From Octopus vulgaris (Eukaryota), in assembly GCA_951406725.2 (NCBI GenBank), contig OX597832.1, forward strand, positions 45,818,001-45,882,000: 64,000 bases of DNA, written 5' to 3'. The translations under genes were made by a program, and so were the position numbers. The notes under the pieces are model-generated. The model was not told where the DNA came from and ran no database searches. It saw only the letters and a program-made list of their open reading frames with translations. Below, piece after piece: positions 14,808 through 28,581 of this stretch (position 1 is the stretch's first letter; each line of letters opens with the position of its first letter).

Positions 14808-15338
14808 TAGATAGATAGATATACATATACATATATAGACAAATATATATATGTATATATGTATGTATGTATATATATATAGAGAGAGATGTATGTAAAT
14901 ATGCTTGTATGTATGTATATAACTATATGCATAATATATATATACTTACACATGTATTTGTGTGTATGTTAGTGAGTGTGTATATATATATATATATGCA
15001 TGTGTGTGTATGTGTTTATATATGCTTGTATATGTAGATGAATACTTCAGAAAACAGTCAACACTTCGAAATGTATCAAATGTATTTTGCTTTCCTTTTC
15101 TTTGTTTAATTATAATATCTGTTATTGTTTTTTTCTGTGAATCAGTGATTGAAAATATCTCATATTTTGTTTCTTTATCTAATTATATTTTACTCCCGGG
15201 TTTTTTTAATGGTTATTTGTGTTTGTCTCTTATCACTAGTGCGTGGATATATTTAAACTTTATTTATATATACCGTTCGTTTCTGTCGAAGCGTCGGTGG
15301 TCATACAAGTACGCGCTCTCGGTCGCAGTTACATATAC

Positions 15339-15465
15339 GTATGTATGTATGTATGTATGCATGTATGTATGTATGTATGTATGTATGTATGTATGTATGT
15401 ATGTATGTATGTATGTGTGTATGTATGTATGTATGTATGTATGTATGTATGTATGCATGTATCTA

Positions 15466-15496
<31 letters not shown>

Positions 15497-16650
15497 TGTA
15501 TGTATGTATGTATGTATGTATGTATGTATGTATGTATGTATGTATGTATGTATGTATGTGAAAAAGACTCCGCCGGTTACGACGACGAGGGTCCCAGCTG
15601 ATACGATCAGCGGAACAGCTTGCTCGTGAAATTAACATGCAAATGGCTGAGCATTCCACAGACACGTGTACCCTTAACGTAGTTCTCGGGGATAATCAGC
15701 GTGACACAGAGAGTGACAAGGCTGACCCTTTGAAATACAAGTACAACTCATTTTTGCCAGCTGAGTGGACTGGAGCAACGTGAAATAAAGTGTCTTGCTC
15801 AAGGACACAACGCGTCGCCGGGAATCGAACTCACAACCTTACGATCATGAGCCGAATGCCCTAACCACTAAGCCACGCGCCCTCACTTATGTATGTATGT
15901 ATGTATGTATGTATGCATGTATGTATGTATGTATTTATGTATGTATGATTGTATGTATGTATGTATGTATGTATGTATGCATGTGTGTATTACGTATGTA
16001 TGTATGTATGTATGCATGTATGTATGTATGTATGTATGTATGTATGTATGTATGTATGTATGTATGTATGCATGTATGTATGTATGTATGTATGTATGCA
16101 CGTATGTATTACGTATGTATGTATGTATGTATGTATGTATGTATGTATGTATGTATGTACGTATGTATGTATGTCTGTATGTATGTATTTATGTATGTAT
16201 GATTGTATGTATGTATGTATGTATTTATGTATGTATGTATTTATGTATGTATGATTGTATGTATGTATGTATGTATTTATGTATGTATGTATTTATGTAT
16301 GTATGATTGTATGTATGTATGTACGTATGTATTACGTATGTATGTATGTATGTATGCCTGTATGTATGTATGCATGTATGTATGTATGTATGTATGTATG
16401 TATGTACGTATGTATGTATGTACGTATGTATGTACGTATGTATGTATATATGTATGCATGCATGTATGTATGATTGTATGTATGTATGTATGTATTTATG
16501 TATGTATGATTGTATGTATGTATGTATGTATGTATGTATGTATGTATGTATGTATGTGTATGTATGTATTTATGTACGTACGTATCCATGTGCGTATTAC
16601 GTATGTATGTATGTATGTATGTATGTATGTATGTATGTATGTATGTACGA
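15339..16650. repeat. Long (TATG)n microsatellite interrupted by a SINE
   Basis: Directly visible; accounts for the MYVC/HTYI ORFs. Confidence 0.95.
15560..15886 (-). mobile_element. tRNA-derived SINE (head/body H2 + tail T1) inserted in (TATG)n
   Basis: Minus-strand head GAGGGCGCGTGGCTTAGTGGTTAGGGC...GAGTTCGATTCCC and body GTGTCCTTGAGCAAGACACTTTATTTCACGTTGCTCCAGTCCACTCAGCTGG. The tail is shared with 9260-9440. Confidence 0.8.
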
Positions 16651-16956
16651 ATGTATACATGTATGAATGTTTGTATATATGTCACTTCAGGTTTGTTTGA
16701 AGATTTCTTGCCAATAGAGAAGGAGCCGGTTTCTAACCTAGATTCAAGGCTCCTACTTCGGAATTTCAAAATAAACGGGGTATTTTTATTTGTATTCATG
16801 TATGTATATGTGCAGACTTGTATGTTTTGATTTATGAATGTATTCTCATGCATATAGTTGCATATCTATACATGCTCATATATATTTAGAAGACAAACTT
16901 CTGGAAAGTTTTACAGATATTTACAGTGCCACTGATGGTCAATAGTCTTCGAATTA

Positions 16957-17450
16957 GTCAACTTTGCCTTTCATCCTTTCGGGGTCGATAAATTAAGTAC
17001 CAGTTACGCACTGGGGGTCTATGTAATCGACTTAATCCGTTTATCTGTCCTTATTTGTCCCCTCTGTGTTTAGCCTCTTCTGGGTAGTAAAGAAATAGGT
17101 ATTTCGTCTGCCGTTACGTTCTGAGTTCAAATTCCGCTGAGGTCGGCTTTGCATTTCCTCCTTTCGGGGTCGATAAATTAAGTACCTGTTACGCTCTGGG
17201 GTCGATGCAATCGACTTAATCCGTTTGTCTGTCCTTGTTTGTCCCCTCTGTGTTTAGACCCTTGTAGGTAGTAAAGAAATAGGTATTTCGTCTGCCGTTA
17301 CGTTCTGGGTTCAAATTCCACCGAGGTCGGCTTTGCCTTTCATCCTTTCGGGGTCGATATATTAAGTACAAATGAAATACTAGATTCGAGGTAATCGACT
17401 TATCCTCTCCTCCCAAAACTGCTGCCCTTGAGCCAAAAATTGAAACCATT
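16957..17450 (+). mobile_element. SINE family B multimer, 5'-truncated, ending in the alternative tail
   Basis: Units restart at 17102 and 17286 (184-bp period); terminal variant ...CTCCCAAAACTGCTGCCCTTGAGCCAAAAATTGAAACC. Confidence 0.8.
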
Positions 17451-17754
17451 ATTTCTACTCTCACAATTTTTGCTCTGCTATCATACTTCATGGACAAAAC
17501 GCCCAAACAAGCACATATACACACATGCACACTCACTCTGCTACATGTTCACATCAGTGTGCCCACGCATTACTACTACTTAGGAGAGAAAGTTAGTTAG
17601 AAAAACGTAACTTTTCGGGAAAGCGATATGGCGACGTTGTTTCAAGCCCCGTTTCAGGCAGTTCAGTTACAAAGGGGTCCACATACATTTGTAAAATACC
17701 TGAACGTTACAAATATTCATTTGATTAAATAACGAAAAACTGTTTGTTATAGCA

Positions 17755-17952
<198 letters not shown>

Positions 17953-18926
17953 TATATATATTTAAGTGCGTGTGTATATGTATATATGCATGTATATGTG
18001 CATGTATATATGTATATATATATACATATATACACACTCAGACATAGATACATACCTATGTGCAAATTTCTATATATATATATATATCTTTTCCACGCTT
18101 CTCTCTTACTTTCTCTCCTGATTTAAACACATATATGTATATATATATAAACACATACAAACATACACTCACACACATGCACACACGCACACACTCACAC
18201 ACACACACACACACACACACATATGTACATATACAAGTATACATGCTCAACATTTTGAAAGTCAATGCGCATGTATATATACATGTGTATGTGTGTGTCT
18301 GCCTCTGTGTGTGTATGTGTGTATGTGTGTGTGTGTGTGTGTGTGTGTCTGTGCCCGTGTGTGTGGATGTGTGTGTATATATATTCACTATAAAAGGAAC
18401 AATAAAATGCAGGCTATGATAATACTCTAACAATTTATTCATAAGAATGGGGATGAGTTTTCCGATTTTGAATTGGCTTGAATTTGTATGCAAATAAATA
18501 GTTAAGTAAATATAGTTAATTAGGCATATATTGTTAATTAGGGAACATTGTTAATTAGGCCTATATTGTTAGGAAAAGGGAAAATAGAATTGAAAACAAT
18601 TAATATGAGTGGAAAAGGAAAATTCTCTCGTATAAATTTTCAAAATGACTCGAATATTTTTTTTCAGAGATTGTTTCTGCTGTTGAATTGAAAAATTAAT
18701 TCAAGAGAAAATATATTATTAATCGTATACTCTTCTAAAAAGCAAAAAAAAAGGGGGGGGCAAAAAAAGAAGGAAAATTGTTGAGTAAATATGTATAGAT
18801 AACTCTGAGTAAGTACAGTGCTTTGTCGTCGAGTATATGTGTGCACCATGTCAATAAATTTATATAAATGTTTATTAAATATTCGATTCTCCCTCTAGCA
18901 ATATATATATATATATATATATATAT

Positions 18927-19142
18927 ACTCTTTTACTCTTTTACTTGTTTCAGTCATTTGACTGCGGCTATGCTGGAGCACCGCCTTTAATCGAGCAACT
19001 CGACCCCGGGACTTATTCTTTGTAAGCCCAGTACTTATTCTATCGGCCTCTTTTGCCGAACCGCTAGCTGACGGGGACGTAAACACACCAGCATCGGTTG
19101 TCAAGCAATGCTAGAGGCTCAAACACAGACACACAAACATAT

Positions 19143-19202
<60 letters not shown>

Positions 19203-19339
19203 ACGACAGGCTTCTTTCAGTTTCCGTCTACCAAGTCCACTCACAAGGCTTTGGTCGGCCCGGGGCTATAGCAGAAGACATTTGACCAAGATGCCACGCA
19301 GTGGGGCTGAACCCGGATTCATGTGGTTGGTTAGCAAGC
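18927..19339 (-). mobile_element. SINE family A, near full length
   Basis: Reverse complement of the family-A consensus, including the (GAGTAAAA)n-type tail and the internal TA/CA microsatellite. Confidence 0.85.
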
Positions 19340-19636
19340 TACTTACCACACATCCACTCGGTAGTGACTGACTTTTCTAAAACTTTTTATTTGTCATTTT
19401 GGATATCTAGCAGCGTTCAATGTGAAGGTGTTTTTCGCACCGACCATGTAACAGGTCTGACAGGATTACATATTCACTGAGGTACTCAAATCAACCGGAC
19501 ATAGCATATATACATGCATACGCACACGCACGCACACCCCAAATTCGCGCGCGCATAATCGCAAGCACACATAGACACACATCTCACAAAGGCATGGTTG
19601 CGCGTATGAATGTATATGTGTATAAAAGAGTGCATA

Positions 19637-20007
19637 TCTATTATATAAAACCTGTTCTGTCTCTGTGTGTGTGTGTGCCTCTTCTAGGATCTCGGGCATC
19701 CTCCATCCGATTTCGCTCAAATTTGATATGTAGATACCGACGGTATCAGGGAGTGTATAAGTCACGACAAAATTACAAAAATCGATTCCAGGTGAGAATG
19801 CGATCGGTAAAGTGAATAAAATCGTTTTTCTTTGTAATAGAAAAAAGTCTATCTTTATTTCTTCTTTCGCTGGTGTTTCAAATTTAGGTTAAATTAGTGT
19901 TTCTCAAATGGGAGGCCTATGGGACGATCGGACAAGTTGTTTTGAGAAAATTTGGTTTAAATGTTTGACAACCCAGCACCGTCCATTGCACGGGGGTGTT
20001 TTGCTCG
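19637..20007 (+). mobile_element. Non-autonomous Helitron-type element, a different family
   Basis: 5' A|TCTATTATATAAAA followed by (TG)n; 3' imperfect hairpin CCGTCCATTGCACGG then CTCG|T, a variant of CTRR. Confidence 0.55.
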
Positions 20008-20102
20008 TATATGTATATATTTATACATGCCTACATGAGCTTTATATTTTCTATTACTACGTGTCTATCAATCTGTCACTCCCCACTATCTCACTTTGTG
20101 TT

Positions 20103-20154
<52 letters not shown>

Positions 20155-20201
20155 AGAAGAAAAATAACTCAATACTGACACTCCCCACCCATATACACAC
20201 G

Positions 20202-20255
<54 letters not shown>

Positions 20256-20991
20256 AATCTATCTATCTGTCTGCATGCATGTATTTGTACACAAACATGC
20301 ACACACACACACAAGAAATATTTGCAACCATTAGTTGAAATTACATATTATAATTATCTTCATTTGTTTGCTTAAGCAAACAGTTGTCTCATAAATATAA
20401 GAGACACCCGAACAGTTGAATCAGGAATCGTGCTAATAGATAATACAATATTATTGAAGAATTTAAGAATTATTTCAGATTTAGGTCTGTCTGAACTAGT
20501 ATAAAACCTGTAAGCTGATACAAATGTCAGCCATCAAATTTAACGTTGAAATTAGCCAACCTTTCTTTAAACATATGTCATAATAAGTTCTTAGTACGAA
20601 TTAAATTCGGTGAAATGATGCGGCAGGTCCCACACACTCGCATTGAACTTTTCTTTAAATGTTAAATATTGTCAGTGAAATGTAATTATCATTTATATTA
20701 TTTCTCTTTCAACTCTTTGGAGATACGTGGGCTGGGATTAAGAATGAGAGGGAGAGATTGAGAGAGAGAGAGAAAGATAAGGGGAGAGATATAGGGAGAA
20801 GGGAAGTGTGGGTCGGTAATGAGTGAGATGGAAAGGGAGATAAATAGAGGAGGTATCAAGCAGATATAAGTGCAAAAGTATTTATATTTACGAATGAGAA
20901 AGATGCTGTATGATGTAAAGTCGGAAAAATGGAAATAAAAAAGAATTGAAATGGTGTGTTGCAGAGGAAGTAGAGTAGAAAGGTAGAAAGT

Positions 20992-20995
<4 letters not shown>

Positions 20996-21077
<82 letters not shown>

Positions 21078-21146
21078 GCGAGAAAGTGAAAGAGATACAT
21101 AGAGATAAAGAGAAAGGGGGAGAAATAAAGAGAGAGAGAAATGAAG

Positions 21147-21211
<65 letters not shown>

Positions 21212-21232
21212 AGAGAGAGAGAGAGAGAGAGA
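20996..21232. repeat. (GA)n and (TA)n microsatellites
   Basis: Directly visible. Confidence 0.95.
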
Positions 21233-22196
21233 GAATATAAGAAAGAGGGTAGACAGAGAAAGAGAGATAGAGAGAGATAGAGGTAGAAACAAACAGAATG
21301 GAAGTCGAAGAGAAAGAAAGATAGACATGGAATCTGTATGGAGATGAGAAAAAAAAACGACAGATGGATACAAAATCAAGATATGAAGGTAGAGACGTAC
21401 AATATCTTTGATTCCAAGTTTTTGGCAAAAGAACAGTAATTTCGAGAGGGTGTAAGTCGATTACATATGCTCCAATGTCCAATTGGTTCTTATTTTAACG
21501 ATCCCGAAGGATGAAACGCAATGTCTACCGTGGCGGAAATTTGAACTTAGAAATTGAAGATGAACTTGAAAACCGCTACGCTTTTTGCCCGGTGTACAAA
21601 CGATTCTGCCAGTACAGGATATAGTACATGAAGGCGGAGTCACCTTCATGTACTATATCATTGCTGCAATAAACATATAAGGAAGCAGGCTATTAGTTGT
21701 AGAAGAAGAAAGTTAAAGAAGAGTAAAGGGAGAGAGAGAGAGAGAGAGAGAGGGTGGAGTGCGAGAAGGAGATGATGAGGTAGAAGGAGGAAGGGGGAAC
21801 GACAGAAGTACAAAGACCGGGAATAAAAACGGTGAGAAAGGGGTAGATATAACATACAACAAAAGCAAACAAGAAAATTGCAGCCGCGCTACGTGATAGT
21901 GGCGTCAGACGTGATTTGCAGACCATATAAGTTGTTAGGCATTCACATTCCATGTTTCTTATTCTCTTCCGTTTTATGTTGACATCTACATTGCATTTCT
22001 ATTCTCTCCCGTTTTACAAATACAGTATACGCCAGCACATTGCGTCTTCATATGTCTGCTTCCGGTCCCTACTCAAAACTGTTTACATATAACAACCATC
22101 TCACGAACTTGCGTTCGTGATCAGCGCTTCGCGCTCCGAAAGTTTGCGAGAAAAGAGTGAAAGGGCAGATATATAAGGTTGTCTATGGAAAAATAC

Positions 22197-22382
22197 ACTG
22201 GACCGGGCTACGCGTTGTGTTCTTGATCAAAGCACTTCATTGCACGTTGCTCCAGTCCACTCAGCTGGCAAAAATGAGTAACGCTGCGATGGACTGGCGT
22301 CCCGTCAAGCTGGGCAACACATACGTCACTGAAACCGAGAAATCGGGCCCATGAGCTTGGTTAGGCTTTAAAAGGGCGCATT
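22197..22382 (+). mobile_element. 5'-truncated SINE (body H2 + tail T2)
   Basis: Body CACGTTGCTCCAGTCCACTCAGCTGGCAAAAATGAG as in the 15560 element; tail CTGCGATGGACTGGCGTCCCGTC...GAAATCGGGCCCATGAGC as in the 57166 element. Confidence 0.7.
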
Positions 22383-22463
22383 TATTATATATTTTATGGA
22401 AAAATACAGTATGTAACAATATATATATAGATATATATACATATATATATGTATATATATCTA

Positions 22464-22538
<75 letters not shown>

Positions 22539-22556
22539 ATATATATATATATATAT

Positions 22557-22949
22557 AAAACAATAATAAATCACTGAACGAGATCTAAACAGTAACCGCT
22601 CGACAACGTAAGGGGTATCAGCCATCTGAATGTGGCTAGCTACTGGGGGGGGGTGTTACTGTTGCTTTTAGCCCCAGGCGATCAACGTCACCAGAAGGAC
22701 TTTAGACACTATCTCAGTGTCCTTGTGTTACTTGCAAAGGGAGGTCATCCTCCCTCGAAGACCCGAGTACTACATACGGACTATAGTTTCTCGTCAACGC
22801 ATGGTAAGCACCGGTCTTCGATGAAGGAGTCCCCTCGCAAGTAATATATAATGTTTTTCACGGTAACCACTGTCACTGATGTAGAAAAACTGTCTGAAAA
22901 CAATAATAAATCTCTGAACGAGATATAAACAGTAACCGCTCGACAACGG

Positions 22950-22951
<2 letters not shown>
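22557..22951 (-). mobile_element. Structured (TA)n-associated element, family S, copy 2: 340-bp unit with 52-bp direct terminal repeats
   Basis: Direct repeats at 22557-22608 and 22897-22948 (2 mismatches), many internal stems, (TA)n on both sides. Strand is inferred from Penelope-like tail logic. Confidence 0.7.
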
Positions 22952-23009
<58 letters not shown>

Positions 23010-24517
23010 TGACTTTTCGAATATAAAATTGTCGCTTGCACATACACACACACACACACACACACGTACAAACACACACATACATATATATGTATGTCTA
23101 ACATGGTTATCTACTATACCCGTTCTATCCTTTATTTATACTTTATATTACATCTGAGCTTTTTTTTACGGAGTAAACGTCCTCGGGTAAGACGAAATGG
23201 TTTACTTGTCCGTCTTCCATTTTTGATCTATTTATACCTGCTGAATAAGTTACTGCTTCTGCCGCCTTGGATAGATAATTTCATCACCGCGTTCCCAATT
23301 GCACTTCAAGGCAGCGTTTTAGTGGTAAATAGATCTAAACACTCATTGTACATACTTAGTAATATGCGTCAATAGATATACACTACTTGCATCTCCTCCC
23401 TATATATATATATATATATATAAATTATCAGTCTTCTTATGAGAGTAATAGTAATATAAATACATTCCTTTTATGATTCTGTTGTGTTTAATTCATTGTT
23501 TCTCTCGCAGTTAGGTCTTCTGAATTTTACATTCATTTTAGTATTCCGATTCACAATCTCTTCAGATGTTCAGTTTCTTTCTTTCTCTTACCGCCTTGCT
23601 CTCTCTCTCTCCCTCTATGTGTCTGCGTGTGGGCATGCGCGTGTGCATGTGTATATACTTAAGCAAGACAAAAGCATACTCGTGGGTTTACCTACCATAG
23701 CCCATTTATGCTTGAAAACTCGAACCGAGAAAGAAATCAAAGCAACTTACACAACGACTCAAATGAAAAAAAATATATAAAAAAAAATAATAATGAATAA
23801 AGAAATAATATTTTGTGGTTTGAAGATGAAATATTCCTTGTTTTACGAAAATGGCATGAAAAAATAAATATAGATGTATAAAATAGAGAAAATCTAAATT
23901 GAGGTAGGGATCAAACAAAAAATATTGTTATATCGTAAGGAAATAGGAGTATAAAACGTGATATTTGTTAGATTGTCAGGTTAGGAAAATATACATAAAG
24001 CAATAGGCATTGAACAGATAGGAAACATCAAAATATATGGATGACAAGCATACCGGAAATTCAGCTGTTCAGGAAAAATATGGAAGCGAACATGAATGGA
24101 CTTGGGCTACAAAATTGTTGACGAAGGCAAATGGAAAACACTCCAACTAGAATTGGCAGTTTCTGGAAAAAGAACATAAAAGAAACTATTGACTGTTGTC
24201 ACACCAATGTCATCCTCAGTGACTTCAGTGATATAAATATTTTGAAATGGCCACCATACATCAAGAATCGAAAATATACGTATTACTTAGCTAGAGTTTC
24301 GGTTCTGTTTTAATATTCATGTTCTACCGTTCGCTGCTAAAAGTATTTATCAATTCCAGCAATGAGTCGGAGATGTCATATCAAAAAGAGTGATGTCGGT
24401 GGTATCAATCCGTCGTGTTATTGTATGTTGATTGAAATAAAACATGCAGGGTTGAGAAACAGGCATTAGCTTCAGGATCAGTTCGAAATTTGAATTCAAT
24501 CTAATTCAAATATCTAT

Positions 24518-25045
<528 letters not shown>

Positions 25046-25057
25046 AAAATATATAGT

Positions 25058-25204
25058 ATCCGTTTGCCAAATCCACTCACAAGGTTTTGGCCGGCTGAGA
25101 CTGTGGTAGAAGACACTTGCCCAAAGTGCCATGCAGTGGTACTGAACCAGGGACCATGTGGTTGGGAAAGCAAGCTTCTTACCACACACCCACTTCTGCG
25201 CCTG
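25058..25204 (-). mobile_element. 5' half of SINE family A, inverted relative to the previous copy
   Basis: Reverse complement of the family-A head. Confidence 0.75.
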
Positions 25205-25283
25205 TTAAGTGTTACTAACTTTCTTTTATAATTAAAATTATGTATCAATATTTTTACTACTCCACTGTACCATTTTCAGGTAA

Positions 25284-25665
25284 TCTCTCTCTATATAAAC
25301 GGCAGTTTGTCTGTGCGTGTTTCTGTGTGTCTGTTTTCTCGTACCCTCACTCTGACCACGGCTTTCAACCGATTCTGATGAAACTTGACACACACATAGC
25401 CCAATGTCATAATTCAAAACTAACGCAGCGAAAATTTTGAAAAGTTCCCCCAGTTCTGAAAAATATCGATATATTCGACATGGGGTCGAGAATCAGAAAC
25501 ACAAACCGCAAACTGTCTAGGGGACGCAAATCCACCTTTTTTAACTAAAAAAAAATTTACTATCATTTTTTTCCATTTTTTTGCTATTTTTTGGCTATAA
25601 CTCTCTAAAAATGCTTTATAGTTATTTCCCTTACAAACCCGAGCAACGCCGGGCGATACTGCTAG
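25284..25665 (+). mobile_element. Complete 382-bp non-autonomous Helitron-type element
   Basis: A|TCTCTCTCTATATAAA 5' end, hairpin CCCGAGCAACGCCGGG (25638-25653), CTAG|T 3' end, inserted between A and T with no TSD. Confidence 0.8.
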
Positions 25666-25881
25666 TTTATTAATAAACATAGAAATTAGAGTATTGACAC
25701 TTTTTCATCTTCAAATTGTTATATCATTTTCGTAGAAGTTGAGAAAATTGATCAAATATTCATAGATTTACGACGGATAGAAGCGACTGGGAATTACTCA
25801 AATGGCGGTATTTATTTACGGCTTTGTGAGCTTTCAAGACATACGAGTATTTGATAGGCAAATGATGGAGAAAATTGCTTT

Positions 25882-26110
25882 CTATTCTTTTACTTGTTTC
25901 AGTCGTTTGACTGCGGCCATGCTGGAGCATCGCATCGAAGGATTTTTGTCGAACAAATCGATCCCAGGACTTATTTTTTGTAAGCCCAGTACGTATTCAA
26001 TCGGTTTATGTAGCCGAATCCGCTGTCTTAGGGGGTCATAAATACACCAACAACGGTTGTCAAGTGTTGATGGTTGGGACATATACAGACATAAAACACA
26101 CACACATATA
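25882..26110 (-). mobile_element. 3' half of SINE family A
   Basis: TTTTACTTGTTTCAGTCGTTTGACTGCGGCCATGCTGGAGCA. Confidence 0.75.
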
Positions 26111-26174
26111 GGTATGTACAGATATATATATATATATACATACATACATATATATATATACATACACACACACC

Positions 26175-26226
<52 letters not shown>

Positions 26227-26231
<5 letters not shown>

Positions 26232-26510
26232 ATACAATATGTTACATTACTCGGTAGTCAAGATAAAACTCTGAGTTTTAGATGCCGAAGTGGAAATCCA
26301 CAACACCATCTCTGGCTAGAAATAGCTTCGGTTATCTGGCTAAGAAATAGCCAGATAACCGAAGAGATGGTGTTGTGGATTTCACTTCGGCATCTGAAAC
26401 TCAGAGTTTTATCTTGACTACCGAGTAATGTAACATATTGTATAGATAAATTTCCTCTATTTACATAATATTGAGGTCTCTTTCTTTCTTTTGTTATCTT
26501 ACCGTTTTAT

Positions 26511-26513
<3 letters not shown>
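26227..26513 (+). mobile_element. Penelope-like pseudo-LTR remnant (family H3) with an inverted 5' arm, inside (TA)n
   Basis: About 87-bp arms at 26227-26313 / 26363-26448, plus an inner stem; unpaired tail 26449-26513. Hammerhead-like CCGAAGA-GATG...CATC-T-GAAA-C-TC-AGAG at 26359-26406. Homolog at 44071-44235. Confidence 0.6.
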
Positions 26514-26556
<43 letters not shown>

Positions 26557-26603
26557 ATATATATAACAAAATAAAGACAGGTGTAAACCATTCGTTTTAT
26601 TAT

Positions 26604-26653
<50 letters not shown>

Positions 26654-26657
<4 letters not shown>

Positions 26658-26885
26658 TAAAGTATATTTGACACTTAAATGTAGCTAACCCTTAAAGGTT
26701 TCCATTGTAAATACTGATAGGGCATAGAAAGTGTGTCAATACCCAGCTGGGGGATGTGTCCTCCTGGGGCTACAAGCTAGAGTGGCATCCACCCTTAAGG
26801 GTTAGTCACGTTTAAGTGGCAAATATACATCACGATGTCGTGCAGCTACTGATTATGCCTCGCTCAGAGATTTATTATTGCTTAC
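26654..26885 (+). mobile_element. Structured (TA)n-associated element, family S, copy 3
   Basis: About 45-bp imperfect inverted arms, CCTGGGGCTA, and terminal CTCGCTCAGAGATTTATTATTG homologous to the family-S end. Confidence 0.65.
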
Positions 26886-26905
26886 ATATATATATATATA
26901 TATAT

Positions 26906-27223
26906 ATAACATAAGGGACTAAAGCCATCTGAATATGGCTAGGGACAGGGCAGGGTGGTGGGGGTGTTACTGTTGCATTTAGCCCCAGGCGAACATCGAC
27001 GTCACCAGAAAGGCTCGACACCGTCACGGTGCCCTTAACCTGCAAAGGTTAAGGGCACCGTGACGGTGTCGAGCCTTTCTGGTGACGTCGATGTTCGCCT
27101 GGGGCTAAATGCAACAGTAACACCCCCACCACCCTGCCCTGTCCCTAGCCATATTCAGATGGCTTTAGTCCCTTATGTTATCGAGCAGTTACTGTCTATA
27201 TCCCTTTTAGAGAATTATTATTG

Positions 27224-27224
<1 letters not shown>
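26906..27224 (+). mobile_element. Structured (TA)n-associated element, family S, copy 4, forming a 136-bp palindrome plus tail
   Basis: Arms 26906-27041 and 27046-27181, loop GCAA, tail 27182-27224. Homologous to 22557-22740. Confidence 0.75.
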
Positions 27225-27271
<47 letters not shown>

Positions 27272-27274
<3 letters not shown>

Positions 27275-27378
27275 TTAATCCAAACAAGAAAACGCAGAAA
27301 AAAAGAGAAAAAACACAGCAACGCAGGACGTGGAACAATTAAAGTATTATTGACGCTCAGGAAAGAAGGGAAGGAGGG
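27272..27378 (-). mobile_element. Short remnant related to family H1, between (TA)n tracts
   Basis: GTATTATTGACGCTCAGGAA resembles GTATTAGCATGGCGCTCAGGAA at 30975-30996. Confidence 0.35.
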
Positions 27379-28545
27379 TATATATATATAACAGTTCAAA
27401 TTCCACCCCCGTTTGGGGGCGGGGCGCAGTTAAACAATACATACAAAGGCTCAATCATAATATGTACTCCGTTAAAGAATCCAAAACAAATACCAAATGG
27501 CTACAGAAATTACCCCGTTCCGCGGAATACTGGGAAATAAAGAGTCCCACAAAGCCCGCAAAGAGGCAAGAGTTCACCCTAACAATTTCCAACAATAATT
27601 TTCAATAACAGTTTACAACAACAGAGATTCAACAAAAAAGACAATAACTCACAGAGCGCAAAGTAAACATGGCCGAAGTCTTCAAACCGGAAGCAAGCTT
27701 CTTACCACACAGCCACACTTGGGCACCTTATCTCTATTGGCACCTTATCTTACAAACAATTATATTTACTATTGTGTTATACACTTAATTCGCTACATTT
27801 GCGGCACCTGCCAGAGGGAGTGTTTGTCCAGGATAGGACTACACAGCCACAGCAGGAAATATATTAGGACATGAAATGTAAAAGCCGGACTAGATTATTT
27901 TATGCGCAACTCCATTGTCTCCCGAGACAAAAAGGATGTCAACAACAATAAACACTTAATAGTACACATTTTAGAAGATATTGTGCACAAAAGACCCAAG
28001 TTTGAAGCACTATCCTAACGATTCATATATTGCAAATACTGATAAGAGAGAAAAAGTATGATAAAATCTTCCATTTTTTTACTGCTTGAAGTGTAAAGTA
28101 TCGTATGCATGTAGTTAATATGATCTTAGACGAAGAATAATTTTCTTTTTCAAGAGTTAAAGCCTGTAAGAAAATTTTCAAGCTGTTAACATTTACCTCC
28201 ACCAACATCTGAAATCTTCCAACTGTGGTCTGTGCTAATATTTACTAATTTATTATCACTGAGATTCTGGTCTCAATTTTACGGCTTTCAGCTACTGATA
28301 CTAATTTTATTATAATTTTATAATTGATCAAACGTTCAGTAATGAAATGAATTTACAAACTACATAACATATTATCAATCAAAATTGTAGCTCACACTTT
28401 AATCTCGGTGAATCATTAAAGTACTCTATCTGAAATAAGGAAAACACTCGTATTCACTGGAAATACCTGCCTACCTACATACCTACCTACCTTTCTCTCT
28501 CTCTCTCTCCCCATCTCTCGCTCTCCATTTATCTACCTACCAACA

Positions 28546-28580
<35 letters not shown>

Positions 28581-28581
<1 letters not shown>

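Noticed and set aside
22649-22740. Pistol-ribozyme-like words (GTTGC-TTTTAG-CCCCAG-GCG...TGCAA) in family S
   Set aside because: No P1 around the CTGGGG, no AAAUA linker, GCG is not conserved in other copies, and there is no G-U cleavage dinucleotide.
27100-27196. Hatchet-like or HDV-like words (TGGGGCT, CAGTAACA, GCAG, TTACTG, GCTAA) on the other strand of family S
   Set aside because: Motif order and required helices do not fit either topology as I recall them; left as an unclassified structure.
28197-28208. Possible 12-nt minus-strand microexon (TTTCAG|ATGTTGGTGGAG|GTAAAT)
   Set aside because: Poor polypyrimidine tract and no independent support.
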